DNA from: Candidatus Bathyarchaeota archaeon
GTDB lineage: Archaea; Thermoproteota; Bathyarchaeia; Bathyarchaeales; Bathycorpusculaceae
Direction: 5' to 3'
DNA length: 64,000 bases
Assembly: GCA_963717465.1 (NCBI GenBank)
Contig: OY970340.1
Location: forward strand, 1,824,001-1,888,000
This document shows positions 63,275-64,000 of the stretch, piece after piece. A program made the position numbers and the translations under genes. The notes under the pieces were generated by a model. That model was not told the origin of the DNA, did no database searches, and saw only the letters and a program-made list of their open reading frames with translations. How positions within the stretch are numbered: position 1 is the first letter of the stretch; each line of letters begins with the position of its first letter.

Positions 63275-63523
63275 GTGTTTTTTAGTGGTAATGGTCGGGA
63301 GAGGGTTAATATTAGGACTCGTTGCTTGAAGAAAGAGAAGACTAATCTTGAGGTTAAAGAATTATTGACCACTGCGGGTATAGATTTTGAAGTGGTAGTC
63401 AATAAGGCTTTGAATGCCTATTTGCCAAAGATTTTTCCTACGTGTCCATTTACTGATGATCTTTGTATTGAGAAAAAACAATGCATTGACTGCGAATCGT
63501 ATTTGCAGACGAAAAATGGCTAA
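63275..63523 (+). CDS. Small protein with C-terminal Cys4 cluster; start uncertain
   Basis: CPF....C.....C..C motif. Confidence 0.55.
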   Translation: MFFSGNGRERVNIRTRCLKKEKTNLEVKELLTTAGIDFEVVVNKALNAYLPKIFPTCPFTDDLCIEKKQCIDCESYLQTKNG

Positions 63524-63619
63524 CTCTGATGCAAAGCGCAAGCAGCGCAGTAATCTTTCCAGTTGATTGTATTACGGAATTTTAGGGCGCTAATAATTAG
63601 CGTTAAACCATGATGTGCG

Positions 63620-64000
63620 CTAATTTTTTGCTTTTGTCTGCTTTATTGTAGTTTCCATTTCTTTGTAGTCGAAGGGTGCCACGAGAAATTCGATGTTGTC
63701 ATGAGCATTACTGACGTCGTTTTTTGCATTCTGGATCCGTTGGGGTGTTTTCTTTTTTGTTTCTTTAGCAATTTTGGATATGGGTGTTCTGTTTTTTGGT
63801 TTTTTCGGTGTGGTCAGCATATGCGTTTGTGAATCGTATCTGTCCTTGATTGTGGTGTCTTGGCAAAAATTGTGGTAGATCTCTAAGATTGCAGCGTTTG
63901 CTTTGCTGGGTTGAACTGTTTTGTCCTCGTTTTCTTGCAGGGTTTGGGGTTTTTTGTGTAGGGTTTCGAGTCTTGTGAATAGTTTTTCGATGCGTTGTGC
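63620..64000 (-). CDS. Hypothetical protein, C-terminal part running off the window (probable frameshift near 63945)
   Basis: Open frames extend from the window end to the TAG at 63620. Confidence 0.45.
   Translation of the reverse strand, partial: AQRIEKLFTRLETLHKKPQTLQENEDKTVQPSKANAAILEIYHNFCQDTTIKDRYDSQTHMLTTPKKPKNRTPISKIAKETKKKTPQRIQNAKNDVSNAHDNIEFLVAPFDYKEMETTIKQTKAKN

Noticed and set aside
1..64000. Many 60-150 aa antisense or overlapping ORFs (e.g. 403..786, 50481..50912, 58415..58879)
   Set aside because: They overlap well-supported genes and carry no recognisable motifs

Overview
Archaeal chromosomal segment, most likely Bathyarchaeia. This is an inference from archaeal-type PheS/PheT, uS10, TrmI, YchF, DUF373-UppS, three TrmB paralogues and small winged-helix regulators. 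Layout: (i) 1-4.1 kb accessory region with the end of a molybdopterin oxidoreductase, an SCP2-domain protein, a pilin-like fragment, TrmB, a truncated DUF2064 gene, a candidate structured RNA and a small RHH regulator; (ii) housekeeping genes (coiled-coil protein, DUF373, uppS, ychF, M16 peptidase); (iii) a 10.6-15.1 kb nuclease island (OLD-family ATPase-TOPRIM, CRISPR-less Cas4-like nuclease, AAA_14/DUF4143 protein); (iv) pheST, an ABC exporter and small proteins; (v) a prenyltransferase + radical SAM pair just past the 3' end of tRNA-Leu(CAG); (vi) a ~24 kb co-oriented surface-glycan locus (27.1-51.2 kb) headed by an unknown protein + winged-helix pair that recurs at 62.3-63.2 kb; (vii) a kinase fusion, trmI, a large radical SAM enzyme, rpsJ and a regulator cluster. 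Many genes, including essential rpsJ, are broken by single-base indels, most likely sequencing or consensus errors, so split genes are reported as reconstructed single CDSs. No CRISPR array, rRNA, integrase or intact transposase was seen. All family calls come from motif recognition by eye, not from database searches.
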